Positions 10,349-21,600 of a stretch of DNA of 64,000 nucleotides are shown one piece after another. A model generated the notes under the pieces. The model was not told the origin of the DNA. It worked only from the letters and a program-made list of their open reading frames with translations, and ran no database searches. Positions within the stretch are counted from its first letter, which is position 1. Each line of letters begins with the position of its first letter. Source of the DNA: an uncultured Phycisphaerales bacterium. Lineage in GTDB: Bacteria > Planctomycetota > Phycisphaerae > Phycisphaerales > SM1A02. Location: NCBI GenBank assembly GCA_938084645.1, contig CALKEP010000022.1, forward strand, positions 1 to 64,000, given 5' to 3'. The position numbers were made by a program, and so were the translations under genes.

Positions 10349-11130
10349 CGCGGTCGCATCCTCCCTTCCGCATCCGTCGGGCCGGGCGGGGTTTCACGCT
10401 CCTCGAGGTCCTGCTCGCGCTCGGCATCATCATTCTGCTGTTCGCGACGATGACGCGGGTGTTCGACGACCTGGTCGACGCACGGACCAGAGTCCGGCGT
10501 TCGATGTTCCAGACCGAGGGAATCGCCGCGGCGTTCGAACTGCTCACGCGGTCCGCGGACGCGGCGGTCGCGACCGGCCTCGACGGGGAAGCGGGCGTCA
10601 CGGGCGACTCGGTCTCGATTCGCATCGCCCGAAGCGGCGTGGCGACGACGCGACTCGGCGATTCGTCGACGGGGATCTCGCCGGTGCAGGACCGGCACGC
10701 CGTGGAGCTCGCGTTCCGCAACGGTGAAATCGTCGTCCGGGACGAGGACGACGGCGGCACGGAGACGCTCGTCAGCGGCCTCTTCGCGGTCCGGTTTCGA
10801 TACCACGACGGACTGGAGTGGTCCGACTCCTGGAGCAGCGCCGCGTCCGGGCTGCCGGTGGCGATCGAGTGTTCGATCTGGACCTCGCCGTGGCCCGATG
10901 CCGCGTGGCCGGCGTGGATCCCCGAGCCGGAACTCGACGACGAAGCGTCGTCCGATGACGGTGAGGCCGCGCTCGGAATCGACTTCGAGGAGTCGTTCGA
11001 GGAATTCGAGATCGGCACGATTCTCGAATCGGACGATCCGTTGCCGGTTCCGGATCATGTTCGCGTGATCTCGATTCTCGATGCGGTGCCCGTCGAACGA
11101 CTCGGCATGGCGGCGGAGGATGCGTCGTGA
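10345..11130 (+). CDS. Minor pseudopilin, GspJ-like
   Basis: AGGAGG SD, ATGA coupling, RG|FTLLEVLLAL, and FRYHDGLEWSDSW...LPVAIE resembling the GspJ C-terminal motif. Confidence 0.78.
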   Translation: MTRSHPPFRIRRAGRGFTLLEVLLALGIIILLFATMTRVFDDLVDARTRVRRSMFQTEGIAAAFELLTRSADAAVATGLDGEAGVTGDSVSIRIARSGVATTRLGDSSTGISPVQDRHAVELAFRNGEIVVRDEDDGGTETLVSGLFAVRFRYHDGLEWSDSWSSAASGLPVAIECSIWTSPWPDAAWPAWIPEPELDDEASSDDGEAALGIDFEESFEEFEIGTILESDDPLPVPDHVRVISILDAVPVERLGMAAEDAS

Positions 11131-12878
11131 TTCGCCGTCGATCGAATCGAGGCCCGTCGCGTCGCCGCGGGGTCGCGCTCGCCGCGGTGCTGCTGATCGG
11201 CATGGGCCTGATGATCATCGCGCTCGGGGTGATCCACCTCGTTCGCGCCGACGTCGCGAGTCTCGGCGCGGCCGAGGATCTCGAGCAATCGAGGCTTCTC
11301 GCCCGCAGCGGGATCCGCGCCGTCGCGGCCGAGCTGGCGAGATCGCGTCCCGCCATGCTTCGTGGCGAGACCCCCGAGCTGCCCGCCCGCATCGAGCTTC
11401 TCGAACTGGAGGCGGGGGACAACGCCCGGATCGGCGTGGCGATGCTGCTTCCGGTCGGCCCGGGAGGCGCCCGTCTCGTGGCGGAGGCCGGTCGGATCGA
11501 TCTCAACGAGGTCGACGCGGAAGGCATCGCGGATACCGGTCTGGTCAGCATGCTGGAGGCGAGGACGATCGTCGCGGCGCGGGACGCTCGGCCGGGAGGC
11601 CGATTCGAGTCGGTGCTCGATCTGCTTTCACTCAAGGGCGACGTGACGTTCACGCCGGAACGGATGCTGGGTCCGCTCGACGAGATCCGGATCCTGTCGC
11701 GGGTGGACGCGGCGGAATCATCGACCGGGGAACGGATCCTCGAACGACTCGATGCCGATCTCGGCGGCGACGTTCGAGGTCTCGCGGACCTGTTCACGGT
11801 GAACGCCTTCGAGCCCGACGTCCGCTTCGACGGGACGCCTCGTCTCGATCCCGACTCGACGGATCCCGAAGCGGTCGCCGACGCGGGCATCGAGGATCCG
11901 GCGACGGTGGAGTTGCTCGAGCGGTTCTTCGGGAGTGCCGTCGACGGGGGGGCGGAGCCGGCGCCGGACCGGCGGAATCGGCGGAAGCGAGAGAATCGAA
12001 GGCGGAAGGACGATTCGAACGCGTCGGATGACGTTCCGGCCCCCGGGCCGGAGTCTCCGGCGTCGGGGGGTCCGATGTCGCGGCTTCGACGCGTGGTCCG
12101 GGACGACGGCGCCGATTCCGGACTCGCCCTCGACGCGATCGCTCGTGATCCGGGCGCATGGCGGAACGGGCTGCTCGACATCAACACCGCGAGCGTCGCG
12201 GCGATGCAGTCGGTCGACGGAATCGATCCGCCGCTTGCCACCGCGATCGCCGCGCGACGGGAATCGCTTGCGGTCGACCGTCGTTTCAGTCGGCTCTGGC
12301 CGGTGGAGGAGGGACTGGTCGAGGCGGCGGTGTGGGACGAGGTCGCGGATCGCATCACGACGCGCTCCACGGTCTGGCGATTCGTGATCGCGGTCGGCGT
12401 GGAACGAGAGGGCCTGGCCGAAGGACTCGAGACGCCCACGGCCTGGGAGGTCGTGCTCGACTGCGGGTCGACGCCGCCCCGGGTGGTGGAACTCCGCGAC
12501 GTGACGATGCTGGAACTGGCGGCGCGAATGACGGGGAGCGAGCCGGGCGCCATCAATGGCCGCATGGCCGACGTCGATGATGAAGCCGCCACGGACCGCT
12601 CGTCCGATGATCCGTTCGGTGACGATCCGCTCTTCGGTGGCGATCCCCCCCTGTTCGACGAGGGCTCGATGTTCGACGGCGCGCCGTCGATGTTCGATGA
12701 CGAAGACTCGTTGTTCGAGGATGAGGCACCCTTGTTCGACGACTCGGAGTCCGCCTTCGACGGCCCGGATCGCTTCCCGGACGACCTCGATTCCCGGACC
12801 GAGGCGACGCCGTCCGCGGGTGGCGACGGAGATCGCGGGCCCGGTGGCCGTTGGCGGCCCGCAACCGGAGGCAGGTAG
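11127..12878 (+). CDS. GspK-like minor pseudopilin with acidic C-terminal tail
   Basis: RRRG|VALAAVL N-terminus lacking E5 (typical of GspK), EAGRIDLN and LDINTAS helix-hairpin motifs, ITTRSTVW. Confidence 0.78.
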   Translation: MIRRRSNRGPSRRRGVALAAVLLIGMGLMIIALGVIHLVRADVASLGAAEDLEQSRLLARSGIRAVAAELARSRPAMLRGETPELPARIELLELEAGDNARIGVAMLLPVGPGGARLVAEAGRIDLNEVDAEGIADTGLVSMLEARTIVAARDARPGGRFESVLDLLSLKGDVTFTPERMLGPLDEIRILSRVDAAESSTGERILERLDADLGGDVRGLADLFTVNAFEPDVRFDGTPRLDPDSTDPEAVADAGIEDPATVELLERFFGSAVDGGAEPAPDRRNRRKRENRRRKDDSNASDDVPAPGPESPASGGPMSRLRRVVRDDGADSGLALDAIARDPGAWRNGLLDINTASVAAMQSVDGIDPPLATAIAARRESLAVDRRFSRLWPVEEGLVEAAVWDEVADRITTRSTVWRFVIAVGVEREGLAEGLETPTAWEVVLDCGSTPPRVVELRDVTMLELAARMTGSEPGAINGRMADVDDEAATDRSSDDPFGDDPLFGGDPPLFDEGSMFDGAPSMFDDEDSLFEDEAPLFDDSESAFDGPDRFPDDLDSRTEATPSAGGDGDRGPGGRWRPATGGR

Positions 12879-12933
12879 GATCGGTTCACTTCTCCGTCCT
12901 CCTCGCCCGCCGTCTTCCTCGAGAGCCCGCCGC

Positions 12934-14412
12934 ATGGCCCGAAAGATCCAACTCGCCGTCGACATCGGCCGCCGGGCGGTGCGGGTGGCCAAGATCCGGC
13001 CGGGTCGTCGCACGACCCTCGCCGCGACGCTGTTCGAGACGATTCCGCCGGGGGTGGACGCGGAGGATCCGGTCGCGGTCGGATCCATGCTCGCGAAGTC
13101 GATGGCCAGGGCTGGAATCGAGCCCGGGCCGGCGGTCTTCGCCCTCGACCGATCGATCACGAGTCTGAAACGACTGACCCTCCCGACCGACGATCCGGAC
13201 GAGCTCCCGGACATGGTCCGGCTCGCCGTCGAGCGCGAGCTGCCGATCGATGCGCAGGACGCGGTCATCGACTTCTCGATCATGGAGCGCAGCGCCGAGG
13301 GATACGTGGTCGAGACCGTGGCGGTACCGCGACGGGAGATCGAGCGGATCGAGCGAATCGCGGAGGCCGCGGGCATGCGGGTCGCCCGGGTCGCGCCGCG
13401 ATGCCACGGCGCCATGCGGCTCGCCGATTCGACCGAACCCACGCTGGTCCTCGACGTCACCGGGGAGGGATTCGAGCTCGGTCTCGTCGACCACGGCCGG
13501 CTTCGATGGTCGCGCGGCGTGTCGATCGAAGGAGCGGATCCGGGTGGTCCGACGGCCGAGGAGCTGGTGCCCGAGATCCGGCGCAGCTGGCTGAGTTACC
13601 GCGTCTCCGCCGGCGAGATCGAGACGCCGATGCTGCTGGTCCTCGGCGGCGAGCAGATCGCCGGCGCGGTGGGTGGGATCTCCGAGGCGACGGGCCTCAC
13701 GGCGCAGCGTTTCATCGGCGATCGAAGAGTGCAGACCGACGTGGACATGCGGGGCGTCTGGCCTCTGGTCGGATTGCTCCTTCCGGTTTCGGCCGATCGG
13801 CAGGTCGATCTCACCGCGCCGCGACAGGCCCCCGATCGCGCCGCCCGCCTTCGGCAGCGGGTGCTGGCGACGCTCGGGCTTGCGATCGTGACGGGCGGCA
13901 TCGGATGGACCATCGGCACCCGTGACCTCGCGTCGTTGGAGACGCAGTCGGCGGATCTGCTCGGCAAGGCGATCGTGGCGAAGGAGGAACACCTGCGATT
14001 CAAGCGGGACACGTTCCGGGCGGGGCATCTGGAGGCATGGGTCGCGGTCCGACCCGACTGGATCGAACATCTCATGGTGGTCGCCGGTCCGGGACTCGCG
14101 GCGGGCGGCACCGTGCTCGACGAGTTCGGCGGAACCCTCGATGCGAATGACGCCGACTTCGATCCGGGGGACGACACGTTCTCGATCGATTCCGGCGTGC
14201 GGATCGCCGTCGAAGGCGAGAGCGAGAGTCGTGACGTCGCGGCGAACGTGCGGGACGTGCTGGTGGCCGACGATCGCTACGTGCTCCGCACCACCGGAGC
14301 CGACGCGGAGGGCGGACGCCGACTCGCCTATCCCTTCGGTTTCATCATGAGAACGACCGTGCTCGATCCCGGGGCGGGACCGGTGCCGGACGACGACGGG
14401 GGTGAACCTTGA
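12934..14412 (+). CDS. PilM/GspL-like alignment protein: cytoplasmic actin-like domain, one TM helix, PilN-like periplasmic domain
   Basis: LAVDIGRRAVRVA, ELPDMVRLAVERELP..VIDF, LVLDV motifs, then a hydrophobic segment; position in the T2SS cluster; start could lie further upstream. Confidence 0.7.
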   Translation: MARKIQLAVDIGRRAVRVAKIRPGRRTTLAATLFETIPPGVDAEDPVAVGSMLAKSMARAGIEPGPAVFALDRSITSLKRLTLPTDDPDELPDMVRLAVERELPIDAQDAVIDFSIMERSAEGYVVETVAVPRREIERIERIAEAAGMRVARVAPRCHGAMRLADSTEPTLVLDVTGEGFELGLVDHGRLRWSRGVSIEGADPGGPTAEELVPEIRRSWLSYRVSAGEIETPMLLVLGGEQIAGAVGGISEATGLTAQRFIGDRRVQTDVDMRGVWPLVGLLLPVSADRQVDLTAPRQAPDRAARLRQRVLATLGLAIVTGGIGWTIGTRDLASLETQSADLLGKAIVAKEEHLRFKRDTFRAGHLEAWVAVRPDWIEHLMVVAGPGLAAGGTVLDEFGGTLDANDADFDPGDDTFSIDSGVRIAVEGESESRDVAANVRDVLVADDRYVLRTTGADAEGGRRLAYPFGFIMRTTVLDPGAGPVPDDDGGEP

Positions 14413-15395
14413 ACCGTCGCACCCGTGGCATCGTGGCCATCGCGGCGGTGGGGATGTTCCTCGCCGGCTCGGGCGTGGTCGGATGGATGGTCGGTTCCGG
14501 TCGGCTCGGCGGGCTGCGGAGCTCGGTCGAGACCCGGATCGCGACCTATCAGAACGTGCTGTTGACGGTGCGGCGCGAGCGCGCCGAGCGACCGGAGCTG
14601 GATCGGCGACTCTCGGCGATCGTGGATCGATCCCTCGGGTCGGAGCTGGAAGCGGTGGACAGCGATCTGCGAAGGCGGCTCGCGGGTCTGGCCGACACCT
14701 CGGGGCTTCGCGATGCGAGCGTGTCGACCCTCGGAGCCTCGGTGGTGGCCACGCCGGCCGCCCGGGAGTTCTCGAGATCGGGCAGCGAACGGGCATTCCG
14801 CGAGGAGCCCGACTTCGCGGTCCTCAGTGCGAACGTCTCCGGCCGTGGCCCGCTCGAGGCGGTCATTCGATTTCTCCACGACCTCGACGCCGCCGCCTGG
14901 GTGAAGCGGGTCGAATACGTGCGGTTCGACCCCGATGCGGAAGGCCGGATCGTCGCCCTGAACGCTCGGATTTCGACGCTCTTCGTACCGGGAGCGGATC
15001 CGGGCGATGGGATTGCCGGTGCTCCACCCACGCCGATGCATTCGATCGATCGCTACCAGTCGATGATCGCCGCCAACCCCTTCGCCTTCGAGGCCGAGGT
15101 GGCCGAACCGGTCGTGACGCCCGTCCCGGTGAAGCCGCCACCGCCACCTCGAATCGATCCCCGGTCGCGATGGATGCTCACCGGCGTGGTGGAGGGGCCC
15201 GACGGCACCGAGGCCTGGGTTCGGAACGTTCAGAGCAACGAGACGTTCGAATTGCCGGTGGGTGGCACGCGGCGACTGGATCGGGGGGTCGAACTCCAGC
15301 TCGAGTGGGCCGAGGGTGACATTGCCCGATTCCGGGTGGGGGACGAAACCTTCCGGATCCTGATCGGTTCCACCCTGGATCGACCGCTCCCCTGA
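14409..15395 (+). CDS. PilO/GspM-like assembly protein with a C-terminal GspC-like beta domain
   Basis: N-terminal TM helix, coiled coil, G.LEAVIRFLHDL motif, NPF and Pro-rich linker, LTGVV...AWV; TTG start overlaps the previous stop. Confidence 0.6.
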   Translation: MNRRTRGIVAIAAVGMFLAGSGVVGWMVGSGRLGGLRSSVETRIATYQNVLLTVRRERAERPELDRRLSAIVDRSLGSELEAVDSDLRRRLAGLADTSGLRDASVSTLGASVVATPAAREFSRSGSERAFREEPDFAVLSANVSGRGPLEAVIRFLHDLDAAAWVKRVEYVRFDPDAEGRIVALNARISTLFVPGADPGDGIAGAPPTPMHSIDRYQSMIAANPFAFEAEVAEPVVTPVPVKPPPPPRIDPRSRWMLTGVVEGPDGTEAWVRNVQSNETFELPVGGTRRLDRGVELQLEWAEGDIARFRVGDETFRILIGSTLDRPLP

Positions 15396-15631
15396 TCCCC
15401 TGTTCCTGACCCCGAAACTCACGCTTTTTCACCTCTGATCCACGAGGGATGGTGGCCGGTCGGTACGATGCCCCCTACATCTTGGGGGAGTAGGAAGTGA
15501 GAGACGTTCCGATCGCCTGGGAAGGATTCCCGGGGACTCGGTCGGGGTGGCCGTTGAGTTCACGGCATGGAACACGAGCGCGGATGGACACGACCGGTCG
15601 GAGACCGGATCCCCGCTCGCTGGAGCCAGTT

Positions 15632-18600
15632 ATGACGAAGATCCGGAATCGCGTTCGGTGGTCCATGTTCCTCACGGTCCTGCTCGGACCCTGGTGCGGG
15701 GTCGCGGAGGCGGTCGCGCAGGCCGACCCCGAGCCGCCTCGCCCGGTGCTGGGCGACGACGGGGTGCCTCAGGTCCGCTTCAACTTCAAGGGTCAGACCT
15801 GGGATCAGGTGCTCGACTACTTCTCCCGCGTCACCGGCCTTCCCATCGTGCGGGACGCCGAGGTGCCCGCCGGGACCGTCGATTACATCAACCCATCGCC
15901 GTATCCGCTGCCGCAGGCGCTCGAGACGCTCAACCTCCTTCTGCAGACCAGGGGCCTGGTCCTTCGCGACGAGAACGGTCGCCTCGTTCTGGAGAAGCTC
16001 GACCAGATCAAGAAGGAGAACATTCCGACCTACATCGGCGAGCTTCCCGACGACGTCACCGCCGACACGCTGGTGACCGTGATCGTCCCGCTGGTGAACG
16101 CCACCGCGGCGTCGGTGTCCGAACAGCTCAAGGAGATGGTCGCGGACTACGGCATGGTCGTCGCGCTGCCGCAGCAGAACTCGCTGCTGCTCGTGGAGAC
16201 CGCCGCGAACGCGCGTCGAATCCAGCTGATCGTGGATGAACTCGATCGCGAAGACGTCGAGAACCAGGTCGAACAGATCCCGCTGCGATATTCCAAGGCG
16301 ACCGAACTGCTTCCCACGCTCTTGAAGCTCATGAGCGAGCGGGTGATCAAGACCGTCACCAAGGGCAAGGCGAAGGTGCAGGTCGAAGAGGACGTGATGC
16401 CCGCGGGCTTCCGCATCACCGCGGACGAACGGACCAACACGATCATCGCCCGTGGCACGCCTCGCCGCCTCGAGCGGCTTCGCGCCGCGATCGCCCTGCT
16501 CGATGCCGAGAAGCTCGAATCGATGATGACGATGCGGACCGTCCAGCTCGACCGCCTCACCGTGGCCGAGGCGAAGGCGAAGCTCGACCAGCTCTTCGCG
16601 GGCGTGCCGAAGGAGAATCAGCCCACCTACGTGGTCCTCGATGACACGAATCGAATCACCATCTCCGCCGATTCGGCTCTGCTGGAACAGGCGACGCGAT
16701 TCCTCGCGGATCTCGAGCAGGAAGGCGTCGGCACGCCGGGTGAAGGTGATTCCGTGGTGCTGCTGCCCCTCGCCCACGCGACCCCCGATGCCGCGATCGC
16801 GGCGTGCCGGGCGGTGTTCACGCCCCGGCAGGCGGCGGTGCTCAAGCTGGTCCCCGGCCCGGACGGACGCAGTCTCGTCGCGGCGGGCCCCGTCGGCGAC
16901 CTCGAGTCGGTCCGGAAGACGATCGTGCTCATCGATCGTCCGGCCCGTGGCGATCGCGAGGTCCGTTACCTGGTGATCGACGCGACGGACCCGGAGACCG
17001 CGTTCGCCCGAGCGACTCGCATCTTCGAAGCCGGACAGGAGGCGGATCCGACCCTGGACGTCGTGACCGACTTCGACCCGGCGACCCGAAGGCTGGTGAT
17101 CGAAGGACCGCGGGAGTCGCTCGACCGTTTCGAGAAGGCGATCGATTCGGCCAAGGCGTCGATCAAGCCCGAGATGATGGTCCGGCAGTTCACCGTGGAG
17201 TCCACCCCGCCAAGCCGGCTGGTCCGTTCGATGACCACGCTCTCCCGCGCGATGCTCAAGCCGCAGGACGGTTCGGTCTACGTTCCGCCGACCTTCGAGG
17301 CGGTCGACGAACTCGACCTGCTCGTGGTCACCGCGACCGCGGATCAGTTCGTCGCGATCGACGGTCTCCTGCGGACGCTCGACCGCCCGCAGCCGGGCGA
17401 CGTGACCTACCGGGTGATCCGCATCGGGACCATCGCCGGTGACGCCCTGCTCGAGAAGGCGATGTCGGCGTTCGATCGCAAGGCGGCGCTGCTGCCCGAC
17501 GGCGAGCTCGTCCGCCCCGAAGTCATGGTGGACGCCGCGTCCGGCGTCTTCGAGGTCCTCGGTTCGACGGCGTCGGTGCAGTCCTTCGAACGCGCCCTCG
17601 CCGAGGCGCGGCAGCTGCTTCCCCCCGAGCCGGTCGCCCGCATGATCCCGATCCGCCAGGCTCGGGCCGCCGAAATCGTGGCCCCGCTCCAGCAGATGAT
17701 CGATCGGACCGTGGCGATCGGCGACGGCCGGGTGATCGCGCCGCCGACCATCGAGGTGGTGAATCCGACCAACAGCCTCTGGGTGCGCGGCGATGCCGCC
17801 CAGGTCCGCACCATCGAGGAATTCGTGCGGGCGCTCGACGTCTTCGAACCGTCGGACATGCCGCCGTTGCGGATGCTCCAGCTCTCGGGCAGCGACGCGG
17901 TCCAGATCGCCCGACTCCTGACGACTCGATACGACGCCCGGCCCAACGACATCCGTCGGGAGCAGCCGGTGCGGATCGAAGCCGACGCGGCGACGAACAC
18001 CCTGGTGGTGACTGCGCACGAGGCGGTCTTCGTCGAGATGAAGGAATTCGTCGAGTCCCTGAACCGCAACACCGAGACCGAGGCGGAACGCGAGACCATG
18101 ATCTTCCCGCTCCGGCTCGCCCGGGCGGTGGATCTCGCGAAGGCGCTCGGAACCCTGTATCCCGAACCTCCGATGCCGCTGGACAGTCGCGGCCGACCAC
18201 TGCCGCACCTGCGGCAGCCTCGGGAGGTCTTCGTCAGCGCGGACGCGGGGACCAACACGCTGATCATCGAAGCGCCGAGCGGGCGTCGCTCGAGCTTCGA
18301 GCAGCTGGTGCAGCAGCTTGATCGCATCGAACTTCCGCCGCAGGCCACGCTGAAGACGTGGAACATCGACCGGGGCGAGGGATCGGAGATCGCGAGCACC
18401 CTGCAGAACCTCGCCCGACAGGGTGTCCTGAGTCGCCCGGGCACGAACGGCGAGAAGGCCGTCGAGGTCACCGTCCAGTTCGAACCCCGCAGTCGCACGC
18501 TCATCGTCGCCGGTGACGACTTCACGTTCGCGAAGGTCGACGAGATCCTCGCCGACCTCGAAGCGGTGCCGGTCACGCGAGCCCTTCGCGTGATCGAGAT

Positions 18601-21600
18601 CACCACCGGCGACGTCACGGAGATCTCCGGGCGGGCGACCCGCCTCTTCGAGGAACAGACCGAGGGCGATCCCGACTTCACCGGCGTCGAGGTCGAGGTC
18701 GATGCGGTCAACGGCACGATCCTCGCGGTCGGAGAGGACGCCTCCCTCAACCGCTTCACCCAGATCGTGGCCCAGCTCGAATCCGCGCAGGCGAGTCCTC
18801 CGGACATCCGGCTGATCTCCCTTCGCCACGGCGAGGCGACGGAGATCGCCACGATGATCGTCGAACTGCTCGGAAACGAGCTGGCGATGGCGACGCTCGG
18901 TGGGCCGGCCCCGGTCATCGAGGCGCTGCCGCAGGTCAACGCGATCCTGGTGGCCGCGGAACCCCGCGAGCACGAGATCATCCGACAGATCGTCGACACC
19001 ATCGACACCGCGGACGAGGCGCTGCCGCCGATCCGGATCCTGCAGGTCCGGACCGCGGACGCGGTCAACCTCGCCAACGCGCTCGGCCAGACCTACGAGC
19101 GGCGCTCGAACGAGGAGAAGGCCGAGAAGCCGGTGCGGATCAGCGCCGACGTCGCGACCAACGCCCTGATCGTCGCCGCCCATCCGGATCTCCTCGAGGA
19201 GATCCGCGCCATCGTCACGGATCTCAACGACGCGGACCGCCTCGATGCGGAAGGCCGCGAGATCCGGATCTTCCCGCTCCGGGTCGCCCTCGCCGAGGAT
19301 CTCGCGAAGACCATCGATCAGATGTACCCGGAGCCGCCGATGCCCCGCGACAGCCGGGGCCGTCCCCGGCCGGATCTTCAACAGGCTCGTGAAGTCGTAG
19401 TGCGGGCGAATCCGCAGATGAACGCGCTGATCGTCGACGCCCCCATCCAGCGGATGGCCGGATTCGAGAAGCTCGTGCAGCAGCTCGACCAGACCCAGAT
19501 CGTCGACGAGACGGAGATCCGCACCTGGAAGCTTCCGACCGTGGAACTCGAGGCGGCCGCTCGCACGCTGCGGGAGCTCGCCGACGGTGGACATCTGGGT
19601 GGTGGTGATCGCGGCCTCGCGGGTTCCATCTCGATCAGCATCGATTCCGCGAGCGACACGCTGCTCGTCTCCGGGCCCACGGCGATCTTCGATCGCGTCG
19701 GTCAGGTGGTCGATTCGCTGGAGTCCGGTCCGGTCGTGCCGACCACGACGCTTCGGACCTTCCGACTCGTCCAGGCCCGCGCCGACTCCGTGGTTCCGAT
19801 GCTTCGCGAGATCCTCGTCGCCCGGATGATCGAGACCTCGGGCCAGCCCGACCGCGAGATCGACCGGTTGCTCACGGTCACCGCCGATCGAAAGACCAAC
19901 ACCGTGATCATCTCGGCGCCCGAGGTGGTGATGCCGGTCGCCGAACAGCTCATCAAGACGCTGGACTCCTCGGCCCAGGTCGTCGGTGATCCGACGGTTC
20001 GCGTCCGGCCCCTGATGTTCGCGGACGCCGCGGTCGTCGCGGCGGCGCTCCAGCAGGCCCTTCCCAGCATGACCAGTCCGGCGACGGGTGACGCGATGGA
20101 GGTGAAGGTGATTCCGGCGGCGGGATCGAACGCACTCCTGCTGGTGGGCGTCCCGGAGGAGATCGAGGAGGTCGAGGTTCTCATCGAACCGCTCGACGCC
20201 CGTCCCGCGACCGACGCGATGGACGCGCGGACCTTCGAACTCGCCCACGCCGATGCCGTTCGAATCGCCCCCATCGTGCAGAAGCTTCTCGACGATCAGC
20301 AGAGCAACGACCCGCGGGTGCTCATGGAACGGATCCGTCGCAGTCGCGGCGCGATCAACATCACCCCGACCGTGCGGGTCGAGGCCGACCCGCGGACCAA
20401 CAGCCTCATCGTCAGCGGGCCGCAGCCCGCGGTGAACCTCGCCGAGAACCTGATCGAGAAGCTCGATCGTCCGGACGTCGACGCCGATCTCGTCTACACG
20501 ACCTTCACGCCCGCCCGGGCCGACGCGGCGAAGATCACCGCGACCGCCCAGACCGTGCTCGATCGAACCCGCCCCGGCGGCCTTCGTTCGACGCTCGAGC
20601 TGCTCGCCGAACCCGAGACCAACTCGGTCCTCGTGGTCGGAACCCGGGAGGAGACCGAGCGGGCCGTCGCGCTGCTTTCGGAATGGGACGCGCAGATTCC
20701 GGTGCTCCCGCCCGTCGACTTCAAGATCATCACGATGCGGAACGCGTCCGCCGACGCGGTCGCCGCGGTCATCGCCCCGGTGCTTCGCGATCGAACGCGA
20801 TGGCCGGCGGCGCTGCGCGACGCCGCCCGGGCCGGTCTCGTGATCTCGGAGCCCAGCGTCACCGCGGACGCCTCGTCCAACCGCATTCTCGTGTCCGCAC
20901 CGGCGGAGCTCCAGACGATCGCGTCGACGCTCGCGCGTGAACTCGACCAGGTCGATGCGGGCGGTTCGATGGAGGTCCGGGTGTATCCGGTCCCCTCGGG
21001 TGGTGCCGCGGACATGGCGGAAGCGCTTCAGAAGTCGCTCGATGCCGCGTCCGACGCCCGGCCCGGTGAAGCCCGGCCGGTCGTCGCCTCCGCGGGACGA
21101 TCGGATTCGATCGTGGTCACCGCCTCCCCCCGGCTTCAGGAGATCGTCGCCCGGCAGCTCTCCGCGATGGCGAGTTCCGGCGGTGGGGTGCAGGTCCGGA
21201 CGATCTTCCTCGCGCATGCCTCGGCGGCGCGGATCGCCCCGCTGGTGGAGTCGCTGCTCGCCGAGGAGTCGATGCTGCAGCCGCGTGACCTGCCGAGCTG
21301 GATGCGGGCGGAGCTCATGATGGCCCGGGCCCGCGGGCAGGTCTCCGAAGAGCCTCCGATCCGGGTGCTCCCCGACGACCGATTGAACGCGGTGATCGTC
21401 ACGGGACCGCTCGCCGCCCTGAATGCCGCCGAGCAGCTCGTCGGCCAGCTCGACGTCGCCGCGCCGGGTGGTGGCGGCCGATCGATCCGCGTCCTCGAAG
21501 TGCGGAACGCCGACGCCCGCGAACTGGCGACCACGCTCGACGAGCTCTTCGCGGTCGCCGACGACGGCGAATCGCCGCCCGCGATCCGCGTGAACGCCTC

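Noticed and set aside
15497..15631. Upstream GTG start making the secretin 4,819 aa
   Set aside because: ATG 15632 has a GGAG SD and directly precedes a proper signal peptide; the extension looks non-coding
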